Assembly (NCBI GenBank): GCA_002269645.1
Contig: NIVC01001660.1
Location: forward strand, 1-64,000
Direction of reading: 5' to 3'
DNA length: 64,000 nt
DNA from: Macrostomum lignano
Lineage: Eukaryota
The notes beneath the pieces were generated by a model. The model was given only the letters and a program-made list of their open reading frames with translations. It ran no database searches and was not told where the DNA came from. Numbering within the stretch: the stretch's first letter is position 1; each line of letters starts with the position of its first letter. Shown here piece after piece: positions 10,077 to 21,886 of the stretch. The position numbers and the translations under genes were made by a program.

Positions 10077-12424
10077 GTGAATGCCGGATAGCTGGGGGAG
10101 TACCCACTACCGGGAAGGAAAAGAAAAGAAAACCGGGCAACTACAGGTAAAGACCGAAAAGTTGATCCGAAACACACAAACACATCACACACACACAAAC
10201 ACAGACAAAACCACACACTTGCGGCGTCGAAGAAAACAAATTGAAAAACGGGTGGCTCCACATAATTCCATTTAGGCAGTCCTAACGGCTTCACTCGGCA
10301 AAGCACACTGACTCAAACTGCGGCTACCACTACCAGTTGTCTATGGCACATCCTGACAGGGAAAAATTGGCTATTCAGAGAGACTTGACCTTCATTTTGC
10401 GGCCATGCTAGGGAACCCAAATGCCGACCGTAAACGGACTTACGGCACCTGTACAAATTCTCCCCTAGGGTTGCGCGCCGGACCCCATTTCCTTAAGAAA
10501 GCTACTACGAAGAAGCGTTGGCGCCTGGACCCAAAAACCCAAGTGGCGGGAGCAATCCCCATGGAGGTCCTCCCACTTTACTGCCCTTGCACAGCCGGAA
10601 AACCGTCGGAGTCCAGTGGGGCTTCCACCTCAGGACTACCAATCTTGTACACGCAGCTTCACAAAAGGCGGGAATCCAGCTCCCCTACGTCTAGCAGAAT
10701 CCACAAAAACCAAGACCTCCCCCTTCTGTTCAGAGCGAAGGCGCGCAGCGGGAGTCCAGACTAAACTGTCCCCGAAGTTTTCAGGTTAGGCGGATTACAA
10801 GCCTGAAACTCTCGCCCGCTTTCCTAGGATAAACAGACCTAAGTGAGTATCTTCCTGAAATGCTTGCCCCTCCGATACTCCACCTTTGCTGCAGCTCGAA
10901 ATAGCATACTTGGGACCTTTATCTGATGGCGGAGAAAGTCCTACAGTTGTCAGCCTCTCCACTTTACTGTACTTGAACGCCCGGTTCTACCAGGAGACAG
11001 CGGTACCTCCATCTAGGTTATTCCAAGTTGCCAGAGACGTCAACCCGTCTTATTGACCTTGCGGGGCACTGGGGTGGCACTCTATGTACCGGGGCTTTAC
11101 ATTAGGGGACTGCATGCAACCCTGCGTCTAAGCGCTTAGTGGGCTGCAGTGGCCAGAGGGGAAAAGAGTTGCGCAATAGCGCCTTCCTGGGCCAGGCTGA
11201 CAAGTCGGGCAGGAGCGCCGTTCTACCGGGTCGGGCTGATTGGCACACCCACCTCCCCTATCAGACTGACAGCAGGGGGGAGGAATTACTAAAGGAGGAG
11301 AATGCAGCAGGAAACATTACGAGATCACTGGGGGCCACCAGACTTCCAGTACACCATTCCAATACTCACTGAACTCCACTATCAATAGGATACTATGGGA
11401 TCTACTATTTCCAGCCACTGCACCAGCCCAAATGCAACCAAAGCAGTTACTACCGGGTCTGCAATACAGTGGGGAGAGTCAGCAGACACGTTGGGATCGA
11501 ATCCCAGCCGTGAAGGCACCAGGGGTTACCGCAGAATTCAGGTCCGGGCTGATCGCAGGTATTCCATAGGAGGTGACACTTTTTTTAGCCCGAGATTTTT
11601 GAGTCACACTGATACCCTACAGAGATACAATCACACCGCTATTCCCATTCCTGCGAGACTTTGGTATCCCCCAATGTTTCCAAGGCCATGACTACTGCTT
11701 CCCTTACTATGCATATATAGCGAGTTCCCCATAGCCCTTGATAGCTGTTCATTCTAATGGACAAACAAAACACGCTCCGGTCTCTACGCATTTCTAGGAT
11801 TAACTGAGCGATCAGGGAGAGCGACTGTTACACTCCCCGAGTAAAAGAAAGAGGTAGGACAAAGGAAAGAAATGCTTCGCTTCCAGCTTCCCTGTGCTTG
11901 CGTGATGAGGCTTCCGTACCTGGCTGGCTGTCCACCTCAACACTCACACAGTTCTGCTGTAGGCTAGGCGAGAGAAAGAAAGGGAGGGGAAATAAAGCAT
12001 ATTACCATGAAATAGAAAGTGAGTCCGGAAAATTCACTTTCGCAGTTCTTCACACACTCCGTTACCAGGTAGCTATTCTGATTGTAATCAAATCCGCTCG
12101 TCTACCACTTCACACTTTCTAGCGCTGAAACTGATCGGCTAAATTAATTTTAAATTGAATCAGGGGCTTTTGGCGAATGAATGAATTTGGAAATTTCGAA
12201 TGAATTGAACGAATTCGCAGCCCGAAAAATTTGAAAAGTTACATTAATATTTTTGGATTTTGTTGCCTCACGCCATGGGAGAAGAGAATGACGATTGGCG
12301 ATTTTTACGATTGGTAGATTTAGACATGGCACTCTTTGCGCTTCGGCCACCATTCTGAGGGATGCCACAGGTGCGCTTGTCACATCTAAACCACCAGTCC
12401 GAAACTCAGCGCTGTTTGCACCAG

Positions 12425-12442
12425 ATCCCACCGCTGCCACCA
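12425..12442 (-). promoter_or_regulatory. Primer-binding site complementary to the tRNA-Leu 3' end
   Basis: Plus strand ATCCCACCGCTGCCACCA matches the 3' 18 nt (including CCA) of metazoan tRNA-Leu(AAG/TAG) as recalled. It lies 3 nt inside the 5' LTR. Confidence 0.85.
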
Positions 12443-12445
12443 TTT

Positions 12446-14566
12446 TGATGTAACCGCCCTTGTCGCCTGTCCGCTCCGTAGAGAGACGAACGCATGGCTA
12501 GAGGGGGCAATGACCGTAGGCTGCCTATGACCGGGCAATGACCTGACGGACCTCCAGCACCAGACTGTCCCGCCCACATGATTAGTAGCTTTGGTAGCGC
12601 TTCGTGACCAGAGGGCCAAGGACCCACATGGACCCCACCTGTAGCCAAGGTGCAATAGTTGGTCACTCGGTCATGGTATGACCGAGTGGCTGCCACCACT
12701 CTATGTGACCTGGCGCACCTGGATCTTTCTACCAGACCTCTCGAGGCTAGAGCCCCGCCTGGATTGGTTACCAGGGGATTTAGGCTAACAGGGGAGACGC
12801 ATGCAGCCGAGTACAGGGACTCTGCTTGGGGCATGATCGGGAACTCTGGGCTCAATCCTGGAGGATTTCTCAGCAGGGGATCCTTTGTGGCTGTGAGCGA
12901 GGCTGACTTGCGACTTTGATTACTAAGAGTAGTATGAGGCGAACATGTACTGTCTACAGTTTAGATTGCTCAGGGCGAAGGGACGCGTTAGCATGGGGTT
13001 GCAACCTTCCTACTGCCATTCTGTGCCAAGACTCGCTAATCCCTCTACTGCACGCACACGCGGCCCGCATCACGCACTCACAGGCGGGCTTTGCACGGGG
13101 AGAGGCCATTAGCTTACCCAAACTTCCTTATGCTTTGCCACCCCGGGAGAAAGGCTTAGCAAGCCATGAGTGAAATGATGGTGAAAGATTGAATAATGAT
13201 GAAGTTAGTTAATAGTTAATAATTAGGCCCTTAGGCAAATAAGCAGGCAATTAGGCAGCTTCACTATTGAGTAAAATACAGCAAAAGATACGGTATCACA
13301 ATTGGCTCAGCTCTCTAATCAGACAATGGAAAATAGGCAAACCCCGGATAAGCAAAGGCAATTAGAGCACAAATTAGTAGCAGGAACTTACCGGCAGCTG
13401 CACAGAGAGAGAGAGAGAGACGGAGTGACCGAGGGCGGCTGTAGGCTGCAGTCAGGCAGACGGTGAAGCGGCGATGCGCTGGAGCGACGAGGCGCTGATG
13501 TAGATCAGGCGATGCTGATGATGCTGGGCGGTATCAGACCGCTGGCCGATAGGCGAGCTCACTTGGGGAGCTAAGGATAACTTGGCGGTAACAGACCGCG
13601 GACCGGCAGGGATTCGTCTTATAGACGAATGGGTCAGAACTCAATCTGACAGCAAGTCCAAAGAAGGACGAGGAGAGGAACAGAGATAAACTCAGTTGAG
13701 TATTCTCATGCCGAAATCGCTTCCTTTTATAGACCTCACAGCCGCCTCCTCAAGGTCGTTACCATGGCTCCCTCTCTCTGATTGGCTGCCGGCAGAATGA
13801 CGTCAGAATGAGTCATGATGAGAAGCGCAAGCAAACATTGAGAACAATAGGGCTGGGGTCGAGAACAAAGGAATTGGAAATCGGGGATAATTGGGGAAAA
13901 CTGAGAACAATGGAAAAGTAAACATTGGAGAAAAGGTGATAATTAGGTGCGAAAACGAGAACAAAAGAAAGAGAAAATCGGAGAAAATGTGATAATTGGT
14001 GGGGGTCGAGAGAACAAAAGAAGCAAAAACGAGAACAATAGAAGCGGAGGTGGGGTGGGTGTCACATGAGAAATTTGGGAAGGAGAACAATAGCGTGAGA
14101 AAAGGTTGCGCAAGAGAGGGGGATGAGTCATCGATGAGTCACCGAGGGGGAGAAGGGGTCACACGACTTGCGTCACCGTTTGGGAGTTTGAGAGGGGATG
14201 GGGAGACGGTGAGCACACAAAGTACTGTAAGTAGACACAGGGAAAGAGGGGACAGCGCAGGAAAAGAGTGCAGAGGGAGACAAAAAAAAGGAGGAGGTAG
14301 AGAAAGTACAGGAAGAATAGGGCGGGAACAGAAGAGATAGGGTAGAGGGGGAGGTACAGAAAGGGGTAGGGGCTCCGGAAAGGCAGGTGTGGCGGCAGAA
14401 GAGACGGGACCAAGGCAGCAGGAGAGGTGCAGCAGAGCGGGAGTCTCCAGGCCCGGTCGGAGACCTGGCCGAGTCTCGACAGCTCTGTGCAGAGGGTGCA
14501 CGGGATAGGAGGCACTTTCGAAAAAGTTCCCATGCCCTATCCCGCGACCAGAGCGTGGTTACATCA
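12446..14566 (-). repeat. 5' LTR (2121 bp)
   Basis: Direct repeat of 1600-3808, lacking a 98-bp segment. Confidence 0.95.
13725..13805 (-). promoter_or_regulatory. LTR promoter: CRE (TGACGTCA), CCAAT, TATAAAA
   Basis: On the minus strand, in order: TGACGTCA 13798-13805, CCAAT 13781-13785, TATAAAA 13725-13731. Same motifs at 2874-2954 in the other LTR. Confidence 0.65.
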
Positions 14567-15024
14567 AAAGTTCCAATTGCACCTAACAGTAAGTGAACTT
14601 TAATTTCTACCCCCACGCAGCACTTTGGGCATGTCCTGTTCTTGTAAGGAATCTTTGGTCTCACAGTCCTCATAAGTGTTTCGCAGGCTGGTTTATGGAT
14701 TGCTAATCTAACCTGTGACAGAGTGCGCTTGAATTCTTGATTAGAGATCTCCTGTACATAATTTTCGGTTGAGTAGCAGCATTGGAAGCTTTGTATTGGA
14801 GAAGCGTGTCTTTCAAGGGTCATTAACCTTGGAGACGCCCTCGTGATGACGCCAAAACCAATGATCGCCACTCACTTGCTTTAGTCTTAGCATACTGTAA
14901 GTAGTGCCATTGTTACAAATAGCCATGTTTATAATGTTTATTTAAAAATTGCAACTAGGCACATGTCAAATGTTGTCCTAACTTTTTACTTTTGGCCCAA
15001 AAATTAACTAGTTAAATATTTCAA

Positions 15025-15155
15025 CACTGTCCTCTGGGGGGAGCAATGTCCTCAGCTGGCATTGTCCTCAGGGGCACTGTCCTCAGGGGACATGGTTCTC
15101 AGGGACACTGTCCTCAGGGGGCACGGTTCTCAGAGGGGGGCACTGATCTCAGGGG
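15025..15155. repeat. Degenerate ~15-17 bp minisatellite (CACTGTCCTCAGGGG)
   Basis: About 8 imperfect units. Related motifs occur at 1255-1312. Confidence 0.7.
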
Positions 15156-15326
15156 CGCAATCGACCAATAAGCAGACTGTTCGAATTCGAGACTATTTGG
15201 CACAATAGGTACGAGGTAAATTGGTAAATTGCAACCATCAAATCGTTGCTTATGCTTGGTCTATATGTTCCCGTAAGCCAATCGAACTTAACTGACACTC
15301 GGGCATCTCCCGACTGGTATCCGCAG

Positions 15327-15665
15327 GCACAACCTTGGCCTGTCGTGGTACCGCGGCCAGATGCCGCTCAGCCGACCCGGCGACGTCACCTTGGAGAAGT
15401 CACCAGCCTATTTCGTCACCGAGGCTGCCCCAGCTCGGGTGTGGCGCATGAACACCAGCATCCAGCTAATCCTCATTCTGCGCGATCCCGTGGCCCGCGT
15501 TGTCAGCGACTATGCGCAGCACGTGCACCGGCGAGTCTCCAAGGACTTGCCGCCCAAGCCGATCGAAAGTCTCGTGCTGACGCGCAACGGCGATGGCCGG
15601 GTGAATCCGAACGCCAAGATGGTGCAAACATCGCTCTATCACAGACATCTGCGGCGGTGGCTCAG
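15327..15665 (+). CDS. HS3ST: HS3ST-like coding exon 2
   Basis: Acceptor ccgcag|G joins exon 1 in phase 2 to give R-HNLGLSWYRGQMP...TLEKSPAYF...LRDPVARVVSDY (3'-PB motif). Donor AG|GTGAGT at 15666. Confidence 0.92.
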
Positions 15666-15962
15666 GTGAGTAAAATCGAGTGGCTTATTGGTTACCCGTC
15701 TGACTCGTATTCGTGTAACATGTGTGAGTTCAAGGCTTAGCGCAATTGGCTCCGCCACCACTTGTCTCGTGGCTCGTGGTTCCTTCACAAGTTACTGAAT
15801 CTTAATCACATTGCTTAACCAGTTCGTAACTCCTGAACCGGGTGACTTCGTGACGCGTTCTTCTCACGAGTTTCGAGTTATCGCCAACTGTATTTGGGTT
15901 TCTGAACGCTTAGAAAAAGTTTTTCTTAACAGCAAAGCCAATTGATTTCTCATACCGCTCAG

Positions 15963-16326
15963 GTACTTCAAGCCCGACCAGATCCACTTGGTGGATGGCG
16001 ATCGGCTGGTCAGTCAACCGCACTCGGAGCTGCAGCAGGTCGAGGACTTTCTCGGCTTAAAGCGGCACATTCGTCCGGAGCATTTTGTCTTCAACGCCAC
16101 CAAAGGCTTCTACTGTCTGGCTCCGTCTGTTAGCAGCGGCCGAGGTAAAAAACGCAGACAGCGCTGCCTCGGCTCCGAGAAAGGCCGCCGACACCCGAGC
16201 GTGGCTAATTCCACTCTGACGGCGCTGCGCCACTTTTTTGCTGGACACGACGAACGCCTCGTCCAGCTGACTGGGCGCACTTTTGATTGGATGCGACGGA
16301 ACGCCCAGCAGTTTGGAGAAGAGTAA
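15963..16326 (+). CDS. HS3ST: HS3ST-like coding exon 3
   Basis: Acceptor ctcag|G in phase 2. Reads YFKPDQIHLVDGDRL...FNATKGFYCL...CLGSEKGRRHP, typical of the HS3ST C-terminus. Stop TAA at 16324-16326. Confidence 0.92.
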
Positions 16327-16655
16327 ACGGTGGTGAAGCCTCTTTCAATAGCCTAATTATTAGCCGAATTCCGCTTGCTTGTCTAGAAAAAAAGAATCCA
16401 TTGTCTTACGCCATTCTGGACGCATCGAACTTTAATAAAGAGACTCAAACGATATGGGCATGGCTTTTAGAAACAAAAGGAAAGGTTTTCCATGGAAATA
16501 AACTGCCAATAGGATGGAACAGTCGTAAACGGATGATGCTTAGAGCTCAAGATAACGCAAAACAAACATTGCTGACTCAGATTACAACTCCATAGTATTC
16601 CACCGTTTGCACTGGTGCTGTTGTCCATGGTCAATATTTTGTTAGCGCAAGTGCG

Positions 16656-16792
16656 CAGATAAGCGAAATCTCACACTAAACCATAGACATCTGCACCAGT
16701 GCAGAAAAGCGAAATCTCACACTAAACCATAGACATCTGCACCAGTGCAGATAAGCGAAATCTCACACTAAACCATAGTCATCTGCACCAGT
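16656..16792. repeat. 3 x 46-bp tandem repeat
   Basis: GCAGATAAGCGAAATCTCACACTAAACCATAGACATCTGCACCAGT repeated three times. Confidence 0.9.
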
Positions 16793-17810
16793 GGCTATCG
16801 CAATTGTGCACCCACTGGCTTGACGAGTTTCAGTTCTGTTGTGGATCTAGATGAATTCTTGATTGCTGATGCAGACGCACGATAAAACTGTGCTGCGATG
16901 ACTTTTTGTTTCTTGGAATATGAACGCACATGTAAAATCCGATTTACATGTTACTTGAATCTGATTTCTCTGCAAGTATTCAATTATTGATTTATTGTTT
17001 AATTAGCTTTCTTCGTATTGCTGTGGTGTTAAAGCAATCGGTTAAACAGCTTTCGCCATTTGTAATTAACTTTTGTTTAAATGAGAGCGATCGATTTACC
17101 CTGGCTACCTATGACAGTTTTGTCAGTTGTAAATAATTTTGTTTGGTTGGTTAGCCTTTCACTTCCGATGTTTGCCCTCATTCTTATAGAAAACGAATTG
17201 TTATTGTTTCTGCATGTATACGACAGTTTTGTTTCCTGTATTAAAATCGCGCTCTCACTCTCACATCGCGCTGCTTTTGCACTGCCAGAAGTTTATAGTT
17301 TCATCCAGCCTATTGCGAGTTTAGTTTTCACTTGACTTCATTCAATATTCGTCGGAGTAAACATTCTGTTATATAAAAATACAATCAAAAAGTAACGTGA
17401 TGAGCCCAGTGATATTCTCAGTTACGTTTGTGTACTTGCTAAATATGAACTCGATCTGAATCTTTGTTACCTGACGCAACTTTTGACGCTCATTTAATAG
17501 ATTTTCAGAGCAGAGAGCTCAGAAAGTGCGAACCCGGATTCCCTTCCCTGACCTGCCCGCCTGCGGCTGCATGATAAAGAGACAGCAGAGAGACATCGTC
17601 TATGGCCAAGCGATAGCCAGTGTTGTCGGATTCAGCGCGCAGGAATGTCGTTTCCGCACTCGGTTCGCGTGCTGGAATGCAACTGTCTATGGTAAAAACG
17701 CCATTGAAATCAAGCAGAAAATCAGTGCAGGAATGATGTGCGATTCTTGCACTATAAAGGAAACGGAACATTAAAGCTTTCGACGATACTCTGGCTCGTG
17801 ATTCTATCTT

Positions 17811-18665
17811 TGGTTTAAGTGTCTATGGTCTCGTATTACTGGTCTCGGTTTAATTGTCTATGGTCTCGTATTACTGCTGGTCTCGGTTTAATTGTCTATG
17901 GTCTCGTATTACTGGTCTCGGTTTAATTGTCTATGGTCTCGTATTACTGCTGGTCTCGGTTTAATTGTCTATGGTCTCGTATTACTGCTGGTCTCGGTTT
18001 AATTGTCTATGGTCTCGTATTACTGGTCTCGGTTTAATTGTCTATGGTCTCGTATTACTACTGGTCTCGGTTTAATTGTCTATGGTCTCTTATTACTGCT
18101 GGTCTCGGTTTAATTGTCTATGGTCTCGTATTACTGGTCTCGGTTTAATTGTCTATGGTCTCGTATTACTGGTCTCGGTTTAATTGTCTATGGTCTCGTA
18201 TTACTGCTGGTCTCGGTTTAATTGTCTATGGTCTCGTATTACTGGTCTCGGTTTAATTGTCTATGGTCTCGTATTACTGGTCTCGGTTTAATTGTCTATG
18301 GTCTCTTATTACTGCTGGTCTCGGTTTAATTGTCTATGGTCTCTTATTACTGCTGGTCTCGGTTTAATTGTCTATGGTCTCGTATTACTGGTCTCGGTTT
18401 AATTGTCTATGGTCTCGTATTACTGGTCTCGGTTTAATTGTCTATGGTCTCGTATTACTGGTCTCGGTTTAATTGTCTATGGTCTCGTATTACTGGTCTC
18501 GGTTTAATTGTCTATGGTCTCGTATTACTGGTCTCGGTTTAATTGTCTATGGTCTCGTATTACTGCTGGTCTCGGTTTAATTGTCTATGGTCTCGTATTA
18601 CTGCTGGTCTCGGTTTAATTGTCTATGGTCTCGTATTACTGGTCTCGGTTTAATTGTCTATGGTC
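17811..18665. repeat. 35/38-bp minisatellite, about 24 units
   Basis: Unit GGTCTCGGTTTAATTGTCTATGGTCTCGTATTACT with optional GCT. No spacers. Confidence 0.97.
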
Positions 18666-18834
18666 CCCTTGACCCCTGCTTCCTACCACTCTTACTGTGT
18701 GCAAGAATGAATCCAACAACACTGCAATTTCCACACTCGTTAGAGTGCGGAAATATACCAGTGATGTAAGAAAAATGCTAGACTTGAAGTAGTCTCTTCA
18801 CTTGGTCTCAATTAGCATGTAGTGTCTGTGTTAC

Positions 18835-19880
18835 CAGAATGAGTGTCTGCGGCACCAAAATGAGTGCCTGAATGCGACACCAAAATGAGTGCCTGAATGC
18901 AGAGCCAAAATGAGTGCCTGAATGCAGAGCCAAAATGAGTGCCTGAATGCAGAGCCAAAATGAGTGCCTGAATGCGACACCAAAATGAGTGCCTGAATGC
19001 AGAGCCAAAATGAGTGCCTGAATGCAGAGCCAAAATGAATGCCTGAATGCAGAGCCAAAATGAGTGCCTGAATGCAGAGCCAAAATGAGTGCCTGAATGC
19101 AGAGCCAAAATGAGTGCCTGAATGCAGAGCCAAAATGAGTGCCTGAATGCAGAGCCAAAATGAGTGCCTGAATGCAGAGCCAAAATGAGTGCCTGAATGC
19201 GACACCAAAATGAGTGCCTGAATGCAGAGCCAAAATGAGTGCCTGAATGCAGAGCCAAAATGAGTGCCTGAATGCAGAGCCAAAATGAGTGCCTGAATGC
19301 AGAGCCAAAATGAGTGCCTGAATGCAGAGCCAAAATGAGTGCCTGAATGCAGAGCCAAAATGAGTGCCTGAATGCAGAGCCAAAATGAGTGCCTGAATGC
19401 GACACCAAAATGAGTGCCTGAATGCAGAGCCAAAATGAGTGCCTGAATGCAGAGCCAAAATGAGTGCCTGAATGCAGAGCCAAAATGAGTGCCTGAATGC
19501 AGAGCCAAAATGAGTGCCTGAATGCGACACCAAAATGAGTGCCTGAATGCAGAGCCAAAATGAGTGCCTGAATGCAGAGCCAAAATGAGTGCCTGAATGC
19601 AGAGCCAAAATGAGTGCCTGAATGCAGAGCCAAAATGAGTGCCTGAATGCAGAGCCAAAATGAGTGCCTGAATGCAGAGCCAAAATGAGTGCCTGAATGT
19701 AGAGCCAAAATGAGTGCCTGAATGCAGAGCCAAAATGAGTGCCTGAATGCAGAGCCAAAAGAGTGCCTGAATGCAGAGCCAAAATGAGTGCCTGAATGTA
19801 GAGCCAAAATGAGTGCCTGAATGCAGAGCCAAAATGAGTGCCTGAATGCAGAGCCAAAAGAGTGCCTGAATGCGACACCA
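18835..19880. repeat. 25-bp minisatellite, about 41 units
   Basis: Unit GAGCCAAAATGAGTGCCTGAATGCA with scattered GCGACACC variants. No spacers. Confidence 0.97.
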
Positions 19881-20791
19881 ACATGAAAAAGCAAAATCAC
19901 CGATTCCCAAAATTGCTGAGGAATTTTGTCGCGTTGAATTTTTGGGCTTTTATCCCCCACCAAAACATCCATGGCGACGCCCCAGAATTTTATTGTCAAC
20001 TAGTATTTGTGCGTCTGTCTTTCGGCCTGCTTAGAACATATAAACGCCATTCGCGTCATGTTCAATCCATTTCATCCTCTAGGTTTATGCATGCATTTTT
20101 CACTTCTTAAGCCCTGTTTCGGCCCCTGTTGGACACATGTACGAGAATTTATAGTGTGCTAGTTGACTAGTAGAAAGCGGCCGGCACTTTAAAAATGATA
20201 CCCACAATTTTTTTTATTTTCAGATTAAACAATTATCAGCATAGTGAATTTCTCTGTTGAATTTACGACTGTCCATCTGCTGCGCTACTGACCAACTTTA
20301 TCAACTGAACAAACAACTAGCGAGCTGGTTTAAACGGGATCCCTACCAAGAAGCTTCAGAAGCTGAGCAATCCAAATGCCGCAGCCACATGCTTTACATT
20401 CGACGGCTGTGCACAGACTTAAGAAGCTCGGATCTTTCAACTGAACCTCGATTGCTATAAAATAACAGCCAGGTTAATTGCATCTCAGCTTGATTTGTCG
20501 CTCTCCTCAAAGCGGCTTTCACGAAGCAGACAAACTCAGCAACTGACAGCCAATTAACATGCTTAACTTTTCTTTTCGGACGGCAAAAGTGCTAACAAAC
20601 TGAGCACAGCCGGTAGAAAAAAGGGACAGAAAATAGCCAGAGTAATAACCAGAGAATAACAGAATTTTTTTCAATAAAGCTAAAGATAAAAGGAAATAAA
20701 TATTAACTTGATGCTCGAAAATGTTTTGAACATTCTGTCAGTCCACGAGTCAAGCAGTTCAAAGACCCTGCAATCAGACTCGGTCCGAGTG

Positions 20792-21886
20792 CTAACGCAC
20801 GCTCTGTCGATTGCTGGCCGTCGAGCTGCTGCCAGAAGCGCCCGGTCGACGACGGCAGGAGGCGCAGCAGCAGCAGCACAGGGACAGCCACACTCGGCAA
20901 AACGCCTCTCGAAAGTTCCGTCCCATCAAGTACGTCACCCAGGACAGAGCGTTGTTCGCGTACAGCAGCGAGTTGAAGTGCCGCATCATCAATATGAAGA
21001 AGTTCAGTCCGAGCTAGCTTATTTAGAATTTGGACTTCGAGCAGAGCGCCGATGCTCCACGGCAGAGACGTGATCAGAAAGAAGACGTTGATGAAGACCA
21101 GCATGAGGCTGATCCGAACAAGCGACCTCTGTCGCTCTCGGTTGCTTCGCTGCTGCTGCCCAGAGCCGGCCGTGTCGGAGTGCATTCGCCGAGCGGTCCT
21201 GTTGTTCCAGGCCAGCAGCAGGCAGATGGCCACCGTGCCCGACGTCAGCGCCAGAACGAGGAACACCCTGCCGAAGTAGAACTCGGCCGGCTGGTACACG
21301 AACATAAGGTAGTTCATGCTTCGTAATCCGCAGGTGTTTGTGAAGTCATTCCACGTTCTATTCGCGATGAACATGATCGGCAGTAGAAGTGACATTGCAG
21401 TGATGAGGCTCAGCATTACCCAGCTTCTCCGATGTGTCAGAATCACCTTGGCCTTCATCGGAACCGCTACTGCAATCAGCCGATCTACCGTGAGACCCAG
21501 TTGAAAAAACTGTATCCCGCTAGCGCAAAGTATGTAAAGAAATCGTACACAATGCACCAAGCGATTCCCCAACCTCTCGGATTAGTGAACCAGGTCCACT
21601 TGTTCGTCTTCACGTAGAATGCCATATAGCCAAAGTAGTGAGTGCTCACTTTGCACGTGAGAATGAGAAAGTCACTGGCAGTGATGATGGTGAGGTACTG
21701 CCTGGTGACGTAGGGAAATGACTTCCTGTTGGACACGATCACGTAGAAGGAGACGGCGTTCGCGACCGCTCCGACCAGACAGAGCAGCGGAAAGAGCCAG
21801 ACGAAGACGTTCCAGATGAACCAGTTCCAGGTGGGGTCGTGGAACCAGGGCTCACTTGCAGCAGCTGTTGTATTGGTGCCGTTCAT
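20792..21886 (-). pseudogene. Class A GPCR paralogue, full length, about 2 frameshifts
   Basis: Highly similar to 51418-52470. Frame changes near 21520 and 21010. Acceptor-like ccacag just before the ATG. Confidence 0.8.

Larger units (their letters stand above)
1600..14566 (-). mobile_element. Non-autonomous LTR retrotransposon (Ty3/gypsy-like gag-pro, no RT/RH/IN) in HS3ST intron 1, antisense to host
   Basis: Two near-identical LTRs with termini TGATGTAACC...GGTTACATCA, TSD AAAG (1596-1599 and 14567-14570), PBS, PPT, and gag and protease remnants on the minus strand. Confidence 0.93.

Noticed and set aside
17526-17774. Possible coding exon after HS3ST
   Set aside because: Has an acceptor-like site but no recognisable domain or partner exon.
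17811-19880. CRISPR array
   Set aside because: Units are contiguous with no unique spacers, there are no cas genes, and the context is eukaryotic.
18835-19880. Higher-order periodicity of variant units
   Set aside because: Variant spacing (about 4, 9, 8, 5 and 14 units) is irregular.
18808-19999. 358-395 aa ORFs on the minus strand
   Set aside because: A by-product of a stop-free 25-bp repeat. All three frames give the same cyclic peptide.
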